Origin: Raillietiella orientalis
Lineage: Eukaryota
Assembly: GCA_036172245.1 (NCBI GenBank)
Contig: JAYWIR010000007.1
Span: 1,798,001 to 1,862,000 of the forward strand
Length of the DNA stretch: 64,000 nt
Reading direction: 5' to 3'
The notes under the pieces are model-generated. The model was not told the DNA's origin, did not search any database, and worked only from the letters and a program-made list of their open reading frames with translations. Both the position numbers and the translations under genes were made by a program. Below are positions 39,001-52,757 of this stretch, one piece after another; the stretch's first letter is position 1, and each line of letters begins with the position of its first letter.

Positions 39001-42000
39001 AGAGAGCACAATGCTTCCAAAAGGAAAAAACACTTCCTGTTCAGCCCGTTATTTTGGATCGACATCATAATGGAATGCATCATGCAAAAAGAACTTGGTG
39101 ATGATGAGGCATCAAAACTTTGTCACTTACGCTGGCAACCCAGAACTACTGCAGCAAACTCGGTAATCGGTGATTCACCCCCCCCCCCCCCAATCTAAGG
39201 ATTACCGCACGTTCAGTGCCGATCACTAGTTTTGAGACAAAATAGTAGGTTCTCACAATTTTGGACTCACTACAAGTACGAAGGATGGTCCACAACTGGT
39301 CAACTTAAACTTCAATAGATAATTGTTTATAATTGTTCCGCAAACTCCAGATCAGTAAGGTCACCAAAGCCATCGGAGGAAATGATCAAAGAAGGCGAGC
39401 CTTTGCAGACTGCATCGACATTGAAATCTGGATACCCGTCTTCACATTTCGTTTTTTTTAAATACGAGTGGAAATGGGAACGCTCCGTGACGCAAGTCAA
39501 TAAAACGGAAACTTCCCCGACCAACTCCTGGCTCATATGAGAATCCCGTCGATAAAGAGGGGACAGAAGGCGACAAAGACGCTACATAGAAGCTGTTTTT
39601 GACGTCATGTACAACTTGCTCGTGGAATCAGAAAAGGTGGAGAGAGAGAAAGGGAGTCGCAAATCCTGGAAAATTTTGCGAATCGCAAGCTGTTGTTCAT
39701 TGAATGCAAACTTCGACATCAAGATTCGATTCACTTGCTGCTAAGATGCGGGAGCCTTTTAGTTCCATTGATTTTTTGCTTGCACAAGAAAACCGAGCAT
39801 GACCGCAAGGTTTCTAGTGACCGGCTCGTGCAGCAATACGCGACCACTTTCCTCCCTGAACACTCCCGGCAACTGCATCACGTTGGTCCAGCAGTGAGGC
39901 TCTGCAGCGGAGAACAGTGCTCTAACACTTACGTTCACACCGAAGTGTGTACTTGACCTGAATGCTCTGTACTTACCGGTCTTTACATACAAAAATGCAA
40001 ACAAACAAACCTTCAGGAACACAAGATGTGAGCAAGGAAAGGTGGGCTCAGAAGTCTCCTCGATACAACTCCCAATGTTTTCAACAGAGTGCTCCGTCGC
40101 AGCCTGCGATCAATCTCCACTTCGGAGTCATGTGGATCGAATCCATCAAAGACACGCATGCAACCCACAACACGCAAAAATTATGAGTCCAACTGAAGCT
40201 TTGTGGCACAAATTTCAACGACTAAGGTGTAAAGCACTAAACCGTGAACCCTACACGTTCATTTCCAATTTTGCAATAGCCGCATGGGTACTTACTACTT
40301 CGTGTATTACAAATATGGAATAGTTCTCACGAAAGGCATCAAAACATTTTTTGAATGCAAATGCAAACCTGGAATTGCTTTGAACCGATGCAAACCTTGT
40401 GTACTAATGTGGATAATAAACATAATTCGCTAAAAAGACAGGTGAGACCCACTTCACAGTATGCCAACGAAGCACACACCTTCTGAAGGGATTTAGCAAT
40501 AATTTATCACAAACAGTTCATACCGCACTTGTGGTTTACCCATACCTGAGTTAAGCAATAAATTTAGTTTTCACGTGGTAAAAGCGCATTCGTTCGGGAT
40601 GAAGCATAAAACCTTACTTTCACCCATGTTCTACGTGATGCACTAACTTTTTTTTTTTTTTTTATTACGACGGCCCTCACATTTTTATCGAGGGTTCACC
40701 TTAATCCTACAAATTTTTCCTTTTAGTTGCCAAGCACACAGTCTTTAAATAAAAGACACAAAAGGGAACTGTGTTTAATGCAGTTGGCATAAGGGCACAA
40801 TTGAAACCAAACAAGCACCCAACTTGCTGCACACAACAAAAATCATATCGACGACCATGAAACATAAAGCAGCTTTATTTACAATGCTTTTGGAATGAAA
40901 ACTATCATGAAACCTTTTAAAACTGCTCATCATTCTACAAGACGATTCGACGATTTTTTTTGATCCTCTGAATAAAAAGAAAAATCCCCACACATCTTAA
41001 GAAGCCAAGAAACCTCAAAGTGGCAAATAAATGAATTACTAAGAGAGTGCTGAACACACTTGGCTGGCTAATGGATTGGCTTGGTACATTTTCAAAAAAC
41101 AAACAAACAAAAGAAAAAGTCCGTAGACAACTGCTTAGCGCAAACCAATAGGAACAACGAAATCTCATCTGCTGAAACGAATACAAAACTAAATAAGGAA
41201 ACGAATGCAGAATTTCCCGGAAATGTTCAAGAGGTAATTCCCACATGCTACAATATTTGTGTTCACCGTTTGGAAAAACAAAAAACAGCAATTAAAGGCA
41301 ACGAAATGAATAAAACAGATGCAGTTATCAATGAAATATGCGACTGCAATAAGAAAACTCACACTCATGAAAGTAGATTAAGGAACCTAATTTTGAGGGT
41401 AATGTGAAGATCCCCAATTTAGATTTTGAACAGCGATTCAAGCAGCAGCTCTTTATGATTTTGAAGTCGAAAAGATTTCATACGCTTTCACTGTTTTCAA
41501 AAACAGTGAAGAGAATTTAAAATATGAGGAAACGTAAACTGTTTCTTTTTTGTTGTTAATATGCTTAATCATTGCAATCTGTCATAACAATACCGAGGTA
41601 ACATAAATTAAGACACAATGAATCCGCTGGAACACAATCATACCAAAATGAATTTTCAGATACAAAATTATATACGCGTAGAATAAGTGTCGAGTTAATA
41701 CAAATCATGATTCTAAACCTCGAACAAAAATTATTTTCCTTGAAATAATTTGAATAAGAAATCAAAAGAGGATTCAAATGGACTTAGGTATGCAAACAAA
41801 TGAGATCAATAACAAATAATCTGAAACAACTCACCTCAGATACACCCAGCTGACGACATGCCTCCAAAAAATTTTCCACATTTCTTCTCCTTTTCGCTAT
41901 ATTTAGTTTTGGCTAAAAAAAATCACAATTTTAATAGAGTTTCATTTGCACCTTACCCATTAATGAAAAACATAATGAGAAAGGAGGCACTGAGAAAAAA

Positions 42001-45000
42001 CAGAACAGAATCTCACCACAGCAGGTGAAGGCACATGAATAGTTGCAACTGATCGAGGACGGATGGTGTTTACCAAGTGACATAATACTACACCATCTGA
42101 TAGAGCAGAATGCAAGTCTTCTGGCAAAGATAATTTCAAAAGACACTCTATTTTCTATAATAAAAAAAAAACTTGTATAAACTATAAACAAATACAGTAA
42201 CTTACCAGTTTCATTTCACTGATTTTGTTTGCCTCTTTCTTCACTTTCATTTCTTTTTTCTCCAGGGTGAATGCATTTCTATCTTTATCAGACTGACAAA
42301 AACAACCATTAGAATTCTCATAGGCATTGGCTGATTCTAAACACAAAGCATCACATTCAGATCTATTTGTCAATGCAGGAACAGAATCATGTTGGCCAAC
42401 GTCTACAGGTGGATGAAAAGGCAACGTATGCAAATTGATCTTTAAGAAGGAATCTAGCTTTGCACAATCAGTAAGGAAAAATTATCTCACTTTTGATGTG
42501 CAAACGGAATTTGTCTGTCCCAAATGAGAGGTACCAATGCCATCCAGAGAACTAACTGAATTTGTGTTCACTTGATTGTTTTTATACACAACTGAAGATA
42601 GCTTGGAAAAATGAAATGAAGCAAAATGAATACTTAATTTGAAGAATATAAACAATCAGTGCTGATCAAACCATAAAATACGTTAAATGTGAACATATAT
42701 ACACTGAAAAGTAGCACCAGAGAAATGTATACTCACAACAGAAGCCAAACTCTTATTTGGAATCTCGAGTAGTTGAGAAGAATTATTATTTCCGATCTCT
42801 ACTTCTTTTTTTTTTTGTTCTTTTGCCCGTTGGGCCTTAAGAGCCTCCTTGTATTCTCTGAAGGAAAACATAAAGGATGCTCCTGAAACCTGAAAACTAT
42901 TATTCACCTGTATGTTTCTATATGGTTTGAGGGCGTAGATTTCCCATTTCTGTCAAGTACTGCCGCTTTTCCTCTATCACATTCATCCCCAAGGACAGTA
43001 TTTTTCTTATAACTGAGCAACATCATACAACAACAGTGAGAGATAAGGATATGCTCACCTATTTCTATGTATATTTTCATCAAGATGGCTACTCTCCTAT
43101 AATACAAATAGAAAAATCGCATTTCGAAATAATCAACAGTAAATACATATTTAAATAAAAAGAGTTTGAAGTTTGATTCAAGTTTTAAGTATGATTCAGA
43201 CTTGATGCGGATCATGAATAATCCACATTTTTAAATAAAACTATCGCAATATACCTAAGCCGGTAACAGTTTCTGAGGACTTTTTTTAATTCACGAGATT
43301 TCTGTCTACATGGCATCTCTTTTCAAATTTGGCGCTGGTTAAACAAAACTGTAGATCATCACAATCTTATCATGGCAATATTTTACAATTACGAATGCTT
43401 TCCGCAGGAAAAATTAAGTAATCATTGCCTTTCTTCTTTTTGGCAGCATTCTTGGGCATGCTATCCAACAAATGCAATTCAAAAGTAACCTTGCCTTGAA
43501 GCAAATTACAATCTTTCAAATTTAAATCCAAATAACATGGTACGTTATATGGATACTTAATGGTGAGACAGCTAATATATCTACCTCAACTTAACTGAAA
43601 GCAAATCACTACTGTAAACAATAAAAAAGTCAATAAAGTCAATAAAATCAGGCTATAAAGAAAAACTGGTCAAAGTCGATTATTATCACCTTAAATGAGA
43701 GATACCAAATGTTCTTTTTGGTAATTCATTTTCTTAAAACACAAATTTAGGTCAAGTCTTCTTTAACAACAAAAGAAAAAACCTCTAAATAATGTAACAG
43801 AAAACTTAGAAAAAAAACATTTGGTTTTGGATGTCCCTCCTGTAAATCACAAAGTGACAAAAGCAACAAGTCTCATCACCTTCATCACAAAACCCCCAAA
43901 CTTCAAATCTTGCATTCTGCTTTTCCAAATAGAATTATCATTGTTTTCCATAACATGCTAAACTTTTAAGGGGAAAAGTTTCAGATTTAACAGCTTTGCA
44001 GTGTATTCTTTTACTGAAATCTTAAGAGAGTGCTACATCTAAAATAATCCATTTTTTACATCTACATATTTTCGCTCTCATGCCTAATGTAAATAGCCTT
44101 ACTTTGCCATCATTTCAAATGAATTCTAAAGATAAACACAGCAATAAAAGTAGTCTATGATTTCATTTTCAAAATTTTGTTTATGATACGATATTGTAAA
44201 TAAAAATCTCAAAATTAATATGATGCATGTTAAATGCAACTCTGAAGAACATACAACACACAACAGTATTAAGAAACAAGATTCAAATTTGAAGAACTTT
44301 GATCCACTTTCATTAGTGGATTTCTATGACATCATTTTTGCCAAAAAGAAGAAACAGATGGGCAACCTGCTATAATCAGTTAATGCTTTTATTCTTGTTT
44401 TTCATTACTTCAAGTACAACTGTTGGGACTGTTGCAGCAAATTACGGGACTATGGTTTCGTGGCGATTTAATACCATCAATACACATATAAATAAGGAAA
44501 AGAATTATTGCATTTTTAAGAAAAGCATTATAAAGATGGAGGTGCAATATTTTTTTGAGGAAATGAGGTACATAAACATTATGATACATGCTGCTTACGA
44601 CTCTTACATAACGAAGTTTAAATAAACTTACTTATGAAGTTTATGTGCTAATACAGAAATCTGAATGAAAAATTGATTTATTTTGCATGCCTGAGACAAA
44701 ATTACAGAAAGTATTTTAAACTTACAACGTATTTTTGATATGGAGTATTTTTCTGGTCTGTAAGGCGTCTATTGAAAACTGTGTTCTGATGAGTGGATTC
44801 AGAAATGGGTTTTATGAATGACGAAGTGGAGTTTTTTTTTGCATTTAAACTTGTTAAACCTGCTTCAGAGACCTACATAAACGCAAAAATGTTTAATCGC
44901 CCCTAAGCTGAAACCTTCGTTTTACACTTTATATTCAGTATCAACTTCGAATTTCCTTACTTTATACATTACTGTAAATAAAAAAAAAATGAAAAAATGA

Positions 45001-48000
45001 AATGAAACTACAAATGTAAAACCTTTCGATTTTAACAATATAATTAATTTCAGGCTTCAAATTGCTTTGTAAAGATTTATAAGCCTGAAAGGAACCCATA
45101 TTAATCAATCCACATTCATGACTAACACCCAATGTCAACCCAATGAACCATAATTCACAATGATGTGACATACCTGTTCAGGGGTACAGCTGCCATTTGA
45201 GGGTAAATAACATGAACCATATCCCCCATCCAGAGGAGCACGCACTCTATTGTGTTCAATTTCGGAATATCTGATTTTGCAATAAGACACAACATTAGTT
45301 TATGGACATGAATGCATGCAATCGAAATTTATACATGAAAAGTACGAACAAAATTGAACGCCTCTCACTTACATATTCTCATATTCATTTTGGGTTCATG
45401 TGAAACTGATCACAGGAATGAAATTGGTAAGAAAAACTGAACTTGACAAATGCATTGAGAAATCAAGAAAATGACAAACACATTATTATCCAACAGATCT
45501 GCTTTATTGGCAAAATCAACGTTATTTTTTCTGAGAAACGCAACTGCTTCTTTAAATACTGATTTAATTATTTCACATGCAATATCTAACTTAATTTCAG
45601 GCATTATTATGAACCAGAGAAACTCACAAGTTTTGCAGTGTATGATTTTTGGGAAACACATAAACAAATATGAATATATAAAATCTAAAAAGAGAAGAGC
45701 ATGCACATTCCATTGGCTACACACAACACCAATACATCTCTTTATGCAATAAATACCTGTGGACTCACATCCAGGATCAAAACAACAACAGATATAAGAT
45801 TTGCTATACTTGATTACATGAAATCTTTCAGATGAAATCTTTCAAGCGCTGAAAATTTAGAAAATTTTATCCTAATATTTATTAGAAAAACGTAAACTTA
45901 GCCTGGAAAACAAACTATGCATAAATAAAACCTGCTTTGGAGCAAACATATAGGAAAACAGATATTGAAATTCCAAAAACATCAAAAGAGATCTAAAGCT
46001 GAATCTTTCCATCCACTTCCCCTATTCAGATATGAGTATGTAATTATCCACTTTTTTCAATTACAAATAGAAGTATGATTAAGGAATGAATGGTAAATTT
46101 GCCTTGCTGCTAGTGAGCACAACGAATAGCATTTACTATATTTGCAAAAAAAAAAAACGCACTCAGTTTTTTTTTTTTTCTTTGAGAACATGAATTATTT
46201 ATGGATTTGTATTCCTCAGTTTCTGTTTTATACTTTTGGCCAGATTCTAAAATAATTTTGCTAAAAAATCTTTAAAAATTCCCAACAGTTTGCATTAGCT
46301 TATGAGATTACTTTCACTGTTTTCATTTAAAATGCTCTCACAAAGGATAAAAAATTCGATAAAATGCTAAAATAGAAAAACTGAATGGTGGCTATTGATT
46401 TCTGAATGACCAATAATTCAAATTCTTTCACAATTTCTGGTAATAGCATACATGCAGTTCTACATTTGGGGCACTGCATTTCAATTTATATAATATGTCA
46501 AGAACTTCCTAAGATTACTGATGAAATTTCAACTTTTCAATATCCTCCATTTTGAATCCTCTTCATGAAGCCACATGTGGGCAATTAATATAATATGTTC
46601 AAAGTGCATACCAGAATTCTAAACTCCCATGTATAAACAATTAATACAATCTGCTGCATGTTCGAACTGAGAGAGTGAGCATGCAAATGGAAAAATGAAA
46701 ACAATCAACTGTGATCACATTTATATCAGATAATATTTATCTACTAAATTTGCATTTAGACATTTTATATGCCTGGTGACTTCCCAGATTTAACAGTGTT
46801 TGAAACATCCTCATTAACTTCTTGCTTGAAAGGATAAATCACTTTGCAAAGTGATTATCCTGATTTTAAAAAAAGAACTATCACACAGTGTCAGAAAAAC
46901 GAAGCATGCCGATGCTATAGATTAGACATAAGATTTAAAATTAAGAATATTTACAATTCTCTTACTGAGTTATTATGATTTTCGTATCTACCAAGTATTC
47001 AAATCGTTGCACCACATGTAAAAAACTAGCTTATAGAGACTGAAGCATCTCAAGCATTAAAATCAGAAATCTTTGAATAAAAAAAAAAAAAACCATGCAT
47101 AATAGTGTCCAAAACAATAATCCATACACAACTCCAGAATGATCCTTACTGATAGATTGAAAACGAAAAGCTTGTGTGCAAATAGCAATTGTGACCATTG
47201 TGATGACCATACACTTACAACATAAATGATTACAAGTGCAATTACATACCCCAGATTTGAAGCTCCAACTTTTCTCAAACGAATATTTTTTTCGCAGCTG
47301 TACTTCCTTCTTTCTTCTCTGACTGCTTGGACTTCCAGAAATTTGAACACATGTGCTAAACCTCGGCGGCAATACTGAATAGATAAAGCTGATTAAAAAC
47401 TAATAATCATCCTGCATCATGTTCATGTTTTGTTTTTCTGACAGAATTAAAGTGCAATAATTAACAATGAGGAATAAAAGGTGCTAAATAAAATGGACAC
47501 AATGCCATCTTCATTACATAATGAATCATATAGATGGAAAAAAACACATGCAAAAACAAAATCTTCACAATATCTTCCAGCAGATTAAGCCAAAAATCGC
47601 AATTTAATTTTGCAATATCTACGTAAACTATGTAAACTGATGACAAAAAGAACAAATTGAATTCTCCAAAATCTTGTGAAGTTCTCCGAAAAATATGTTC
47701 AGCTTTTTTCTAATTAAAGTATTAGTAACATACGATTGCATAATTTGCTTTGAGAGTGAATTCCATTTAAGCAAAGTGCAAAACAAATAAAATAAAAGTT
47801 TTAAATACAGCAATCTATAAATCAACAGTTTCTAAAGGAAAATTGTAATTGAATGAATGCATGTAAAAATAAGCTTCTGCAACAGAGATGAAATAAACAA
47901 CATATGGAATGAACAAGTCTAAGAACCTTTCACAGAAATCCGTTATTGTATATTCCCCATCAAATACTTCAAAATCTTATTAAAACAAGCATATAAAAAT

Positions 48001-50428
48001 ATAGAAAAAAGTTCATTTCAAGGAATAAATAAAACATAAGTTGATAGAAATAATTCATACTCAAAACATTTCATGTTATCTAATTGGTTCCCATTTAATT
48101 CCATCTCAAAACTACCCTTAAAACTTTCATGACTTAAGAAATTCACATGTTAAATATTACTAACTGCCAAAGAAAAACTATGCCTACTTGCTTATTTCTT
48201 ACTTGCAAGCACAGTTTGAAGCAAATTTCAACTCACTATTATTCAGTACTCATACTTAATTTTGGTAAAGCATAACAATAATTGAAAAGAGTCTACTGAC
48301 ACCATATCATTCAAAAGTAAATCAATATTCTGATCATGCACAAACTTTTCAACAATCAACATAAAACAGTTCAACTTTCATTAATTAAAGACAACATTGA
48401 TAACCTATAAATTAAAAAAATATTTTAGGTGTGTAAACCATAAAGATTCGTAAAATACTGAGAAAAATGAAGTTCAAGTAAAAAGTAACATGATTTTTGA
48501 AAAAACTGCACATAAACACTCCAATGTCAGATAAATTTTTGACTAGGTCCTTCCTTAAATTAAATAAACTATGCATTAGAAGAGGATGAAAATTATTTAA
48601 ACTAAACAAGATGGAGAATCTAAATCCAGTTAGAAAATCAATTACATACAAAAAAGAAATGAAAGAATAAATAAACACTTTTTCTTTTTTACTGCTAATT
48701 CCCATCATACGCTATGTATTTTACTAGATGTCTGCATATTGAAAAGTGAAAGCAAACTGGGTACAACTTACTGCGACAGGAGGCACAGATAGAGGATTGT
48801 CATTAACGTTTAAAGCTATTAGAGATGTCATGTGTCTCATTTCCAATGGAAGTCGAGTTATACGATTTTCAGACAAATCAAGTTGTTCCAAGGAAAGACG
48901 TGTAATTTCTAAAATATTAAAATGGCATTTGTATTATTTTTTTTTTGCATAACTTTTTTCTTTAAAAAAAAAAAAAAAAGAATTTCATGAAATAACAAAA
49001 ATTTTCTTCCATGCAACTAAAACAATTCAAACATAATGTATTTTCTGAAATTGCCCAAAATTAGCAAATGTATTTTTATATCTGCAAACAGAATATATTA
49101 GATAACTGAGAGAGAAAAGCCATACTCTCCTAGCCATTTCATTTGCAATACAATTTCCATATGCATTTAATTCCATAACTTCCATTATAGGCATTCATAC
49201 ACTCCATAATCAGTGCAAGGAATGAACTTACCATGTGGAATTTCAATCAAATAGTTCCTCCTTAGATTTAAGGATTTTAAATTTTGAAGATTTCCTATCT
49301 GTTGAGGCAAGTGTGCCAGTTCATTACAGCTTACATCTAGTTGCTGCAAACTCTGCATACAAGAAATCTCTTCAGGCAAGCTAACTAATTTATTATTACT
49401 AATCCTAAGAATTTGTATTGGAAGGTGGCACAACTCATCAGGAATGATGGTCAATTGATTCCGGCTGAAATAAAATATCCACAGTTGTTTCCACTATGTT
49501 ATTATCTTAATGGTATGTAGACATCAATTAAAACAAAGAAACGAATTATTTAAATGATCCATCTCAAATAAGAACTATGATTTTACTATTAGTATCTTCA
49601 CATAATAATAATATAATACATGTAAACATAAGTATAATATTTTTCTAAAAATCATAAAACCGATATAATTTGAACAATCCTTTAAGTATGGAGTATACGA
49701 AGTGTTTACATCACCAGTAAGGCATACAACCACTTCATGAAAATGAAAGTTTGCATTTAAACTGAAAAACAAATTTTCTATAATACTGGGCAACCAAATC
49801 ATGAAAGTCCCCTATGAAAACAAATGCACGTATTTCTGTCTAGTTTAACATGGAAATTTAATTAAAAGTGCAAATAATACTGTGTAACAGCATAACTGAA
49901 AATAAGGATCATCCGCTACAATCTCTTTACAATATCAGACCTATAAGGAATGTAAATTTAATCCAACGAAGCGCCGCGTATTTCATAATTTGATAAATGA
50001 TTTTCAATAACTACAATGGGGAAATCACTAAACTTCCATACCTTAGGTTTAAGTAGACTAGACACTTCAGATTTATCACAGACTGAGGTACACATTTCAC
50101 TTGATTGCAATACAGATTTAGGCTCTCAAGAAAATAAGAGTTGAAAAGAATCTCTGGTATTTTACTAAAACAGTTTTTTGACAAATCTGGAAACCATATA
50201 ATGTATTTTAAAGAACCACTGTACATAAACCAAATGCTAAAATTGCTATGAATAACAATTACCTATTGTAATTAAATCACTCAGTTCATAATGAAGCTGT
50301 TCTGGAAAATCTTTTAAATTTCTTCCACTCAAATTCAAATCTCCGGTAAGTTCAAAATCACAAAATAACTTTTCTAACGACTTGGCTATTTTTATTTTGG
50401 ATCTTTCTTTTAATGGATTACATGACAT
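36084..50428 (-). CDS. LRCH: LRCH: leucine-rich repeat and calponin-homology domain protein with C-terminal TM segment (about 675-690 aa). Exons 50428-50263, 50186-50042, 49464-49232, 48908-48772, 47374-47250, 45270-45174, 44872-44726, [junction unresolved: either small exon ~43301-43255 plus 43012-42908, or 43005-42908], 42857-42737, 42601-42491, 42439-42206, 42154-42017, 41912-41835, 36275-36084
   Basis: LRRs: LNLSGRNLKDFP, DLSKNCF, LNLSRNQL, LRISNNKL, LDVSCNEL, LNLRRNYL, LDLSENRI, LNVNDNPL..PP. Family-like linkers: RGLAHVFKFLE, DGGYGS, TYREYKEALKAQR. CH domain: LPEDLHSALSDGVVLCHLVNTIRPRSVATIHVPSPAV|PKLNIAKRRRNVENFLEACRQLGV. Last exon: ENLCSVEDIL...VLRILIFITTCLILYFMP*. Splice sites are GT-AG with matching phases. 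Confidence 0.93.
36790..38140 (+). mobile_element. Possible decayed R2/RLE-type non-LTR retrotransposon 5' part in the last LRCH intron
   Basis: LGIHAWHT (C2H2 finger-like) followed by RWTRDE (Myb-like), and a later CWMDGRVQRWK resembling the pre-RT region. Heavily degraded. Confidence 0.3.
39320..39990 (+). mobile_element. Decayed hAT-like transposase relic in the last LRCH intron
   Basis: Across frames: LFRKLQ, KRKLP..Y, RYIEAVFDVM, RFDS..FSSIDFL, and TLPATAS...ALQR...LRS..DLNAL (dimerisation-like). Confidence 0.4.
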
Positions 50429-51129
50429 ATCTCTAGAAATTCTACATTACAGAGTGCCACCAGGGGAATATACCAAAATCACAGAACATGAGTTACATAA
50501 ACATAAAATGAGCTTGCAATCACTGGTAATGCAAATTTGCCTCTGAAATCCGTAGGGTTTCTCATCATCAGAAAGCATTAGTTTTTGCTGAAAGCACACA
50601 AATTAAAATTTGATTACACCTTACTGGGATAACATGTCATGACTACAATCACGTTTTACGATTTCATTGCAACCATTTTCTAGGCTTTTGACTTTTTTTC
50701 CATATTTCTGTGTGCACTTTACCCCCACACCAACGAAACCATGAACGTACGAAAAAACACCTCCAGTGTGCACACTCCGAAATATCTTTTCAACCCCTAC
50801 TTCATAAGAATACAGAACTGCTGTATACAAATCCATTCTTTCGATTTCTTTCCGTCAGAAATGGCAGCACAGAACACTTATTGCTAGAAACGATCCATTC
50901 TATGGCAAGAGCAATGCACGCATCTGCAATTTGAGTAGCTCGCAGCTTTACATTCCAAACCGTGCTCATATATAATTTATGCCCTTTTATATCCGACATA
51001 TCTTTCAATACATCTGGAAGTAATTACTGTCCATGAATTTTATGACTACCTTACTACTAGACGTAAAGACCACACCGATAGTACAAGATGCATGTCCAAA
51101 TCCACGTGAAACCGATGAGCCCTATTTAA

Positions 51130-52437
51130 CCCTTAACAACCTAGTAGTATCCAAGGGGCACATTTTCAAATCGAATTATATGTGCAAAATCAAAAGTATT
51201 TATTTCATTGAGGAATTATTTTGTCTAATTTACTCCTCTTTGTGTAATTTTCAAAATTATCTTACCAATTTTTTTTTTAAGAAAAAAAAAAAAAAACATT
51301 GTTTTTTTTTATTTTGATAGTTTACCGAAAATTCACCATAACTGGGATGTGTCCATTGGACACTCTTTGATGTAATACCGTTTGAACCTGTTAAAACCTA
51401 CAAGTAAATAATGTGAAAATTGCGTGCCGTTACTAATTTTGTTTATTCCATCAATATTTACTGACATATGCAGACGTGTAGTAGATATTATTAATTTTAC
51501 TTATTTTTGGTGTAGTTGTTTTCAAAGTTTGTGCTGCCATACATATCTTATTTAATCTTCAGTAATTGGTAGTGATAAAAAATTGCCAAGTTAAAACTTT
51601 GTGAATTAATTTTTATTCTGACTTGCATACTGATTAATTTTTATTTTATTCTGACTTTACGCTCCCATTTTTGGGGATTTAGAGGAATGGTTAAGCGTAA
51701 GATGGTATTTCATGACGAACTCCGACGTGCTTTAGAAGAGAGTGACGACGAGAATTATGTATTTAGTGAAAGTGATAGTGAAGACGAAGGTTTTATTACA
51801 GATAATGCCTCTGATAGTCAAAGTAACTTCACAGAAACAGCATCTGATGAGTAGATGATCAGCAATTATACAATGATGACGGAAATGCAAACGAAGAGGA
51901 ACAAGAAAATAATTATAACAATCCGATTGAAGAATATGAGGGAAAAGAGGGAGCCAAGTGGAGAGCAACACCGGAAAATATGAGAAGACCTCCACGGTAT
52001 AACAGAATCAGGGACGGAGTTCATAAGGTCGTTCGCCCACCAAAGTAATTCAATATCCTATCGATATGTTCAATTTATTTTTCGATAGGAATATGCTGGA
52101 ACGTATTGTAAAACATACCAATTCCGAAGCTAAAAGAGAATTGGGAAATGAATGGAAGCCAATAGATGCAATCGAATCACAAGCATTTATAGATCTACTA
52201 TTGCCTACTGGTGTTAATAAACGGAGCAACGTAGATTTTATAGAGTATTAGGATACGATATTTGGTAATCCAATATTCCGTGCGACCATGGGGAGAAATC
52301 GATTTGCGTCTAAGTTTTCTAAGATTTGACGATAAAAATACCACATTGTTTATTTCATTTTAATGTAATTTAGAGTAATGTGTCCGTCGAACACTACCGG
52401 TCAGTTACGCTAGGAAAACATACTGGGTTGTTAAGGG
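51130..52437 (+). mobile_element. Non-autonomous (internally deleted) piggyBac DNA transposon, 1308 bp
   Basis: TTAA TSDs at 51126-51129 and 52438-52441; TIRs CCCTTAACAACC(T/C)AGTA. Related subterminal 18-mers occur at 51347 and 52378, and an internal transposase relic is present. Confidence 0.93.
51687..52340 (+). pseudogene. piggyBac transposase N-terminal half, with stops and frameshifts, truncated before the catalytic core
   Basis: An acidic N-terminus (LEESDDENYVFSESDSEDEG) is followed by MFNLFFDRNMLERIVKHTN..AFIDLLL.TGV..EY*..FGNPIFRATMGRNRF..LRFDD, typical piggyBac transposase motifs. Confidence 0.88.
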
Positions 52438-52757
52438 TTAAATGTACACGTTGAAACGAACAAAAATTCAAGGCTATTAAATGAAGAGAATAGCAACCTT
52501 TCTTTATAAATGAATGCAAATGAAGTTTTCAAATTTTCCTTCAAAAGCTGTTGCATCTTTTCGCCCCCTCATTTCTTGAAGCAGTTTACAAACATCATAG
52601 CAGTTATTAAGTTTGTTATATTCCGCTGACCCATTGCCTCAACTTTGCTGAGGTAAGTATTCACGATCTTCATTCCAGGTACATTCCTGAACGATTTAAT
52701 TCCAGAGTTTAAATTTTAAACAGCAATCGAAGACAAATACTGCACAGTCTTAAGTTG

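Noticed and set aside
45760..45848. Exon-like segment within LRCH (tttcag acceptor)
   Set aside because: It has stops in all three frames, and the flanking exons already join in phase.
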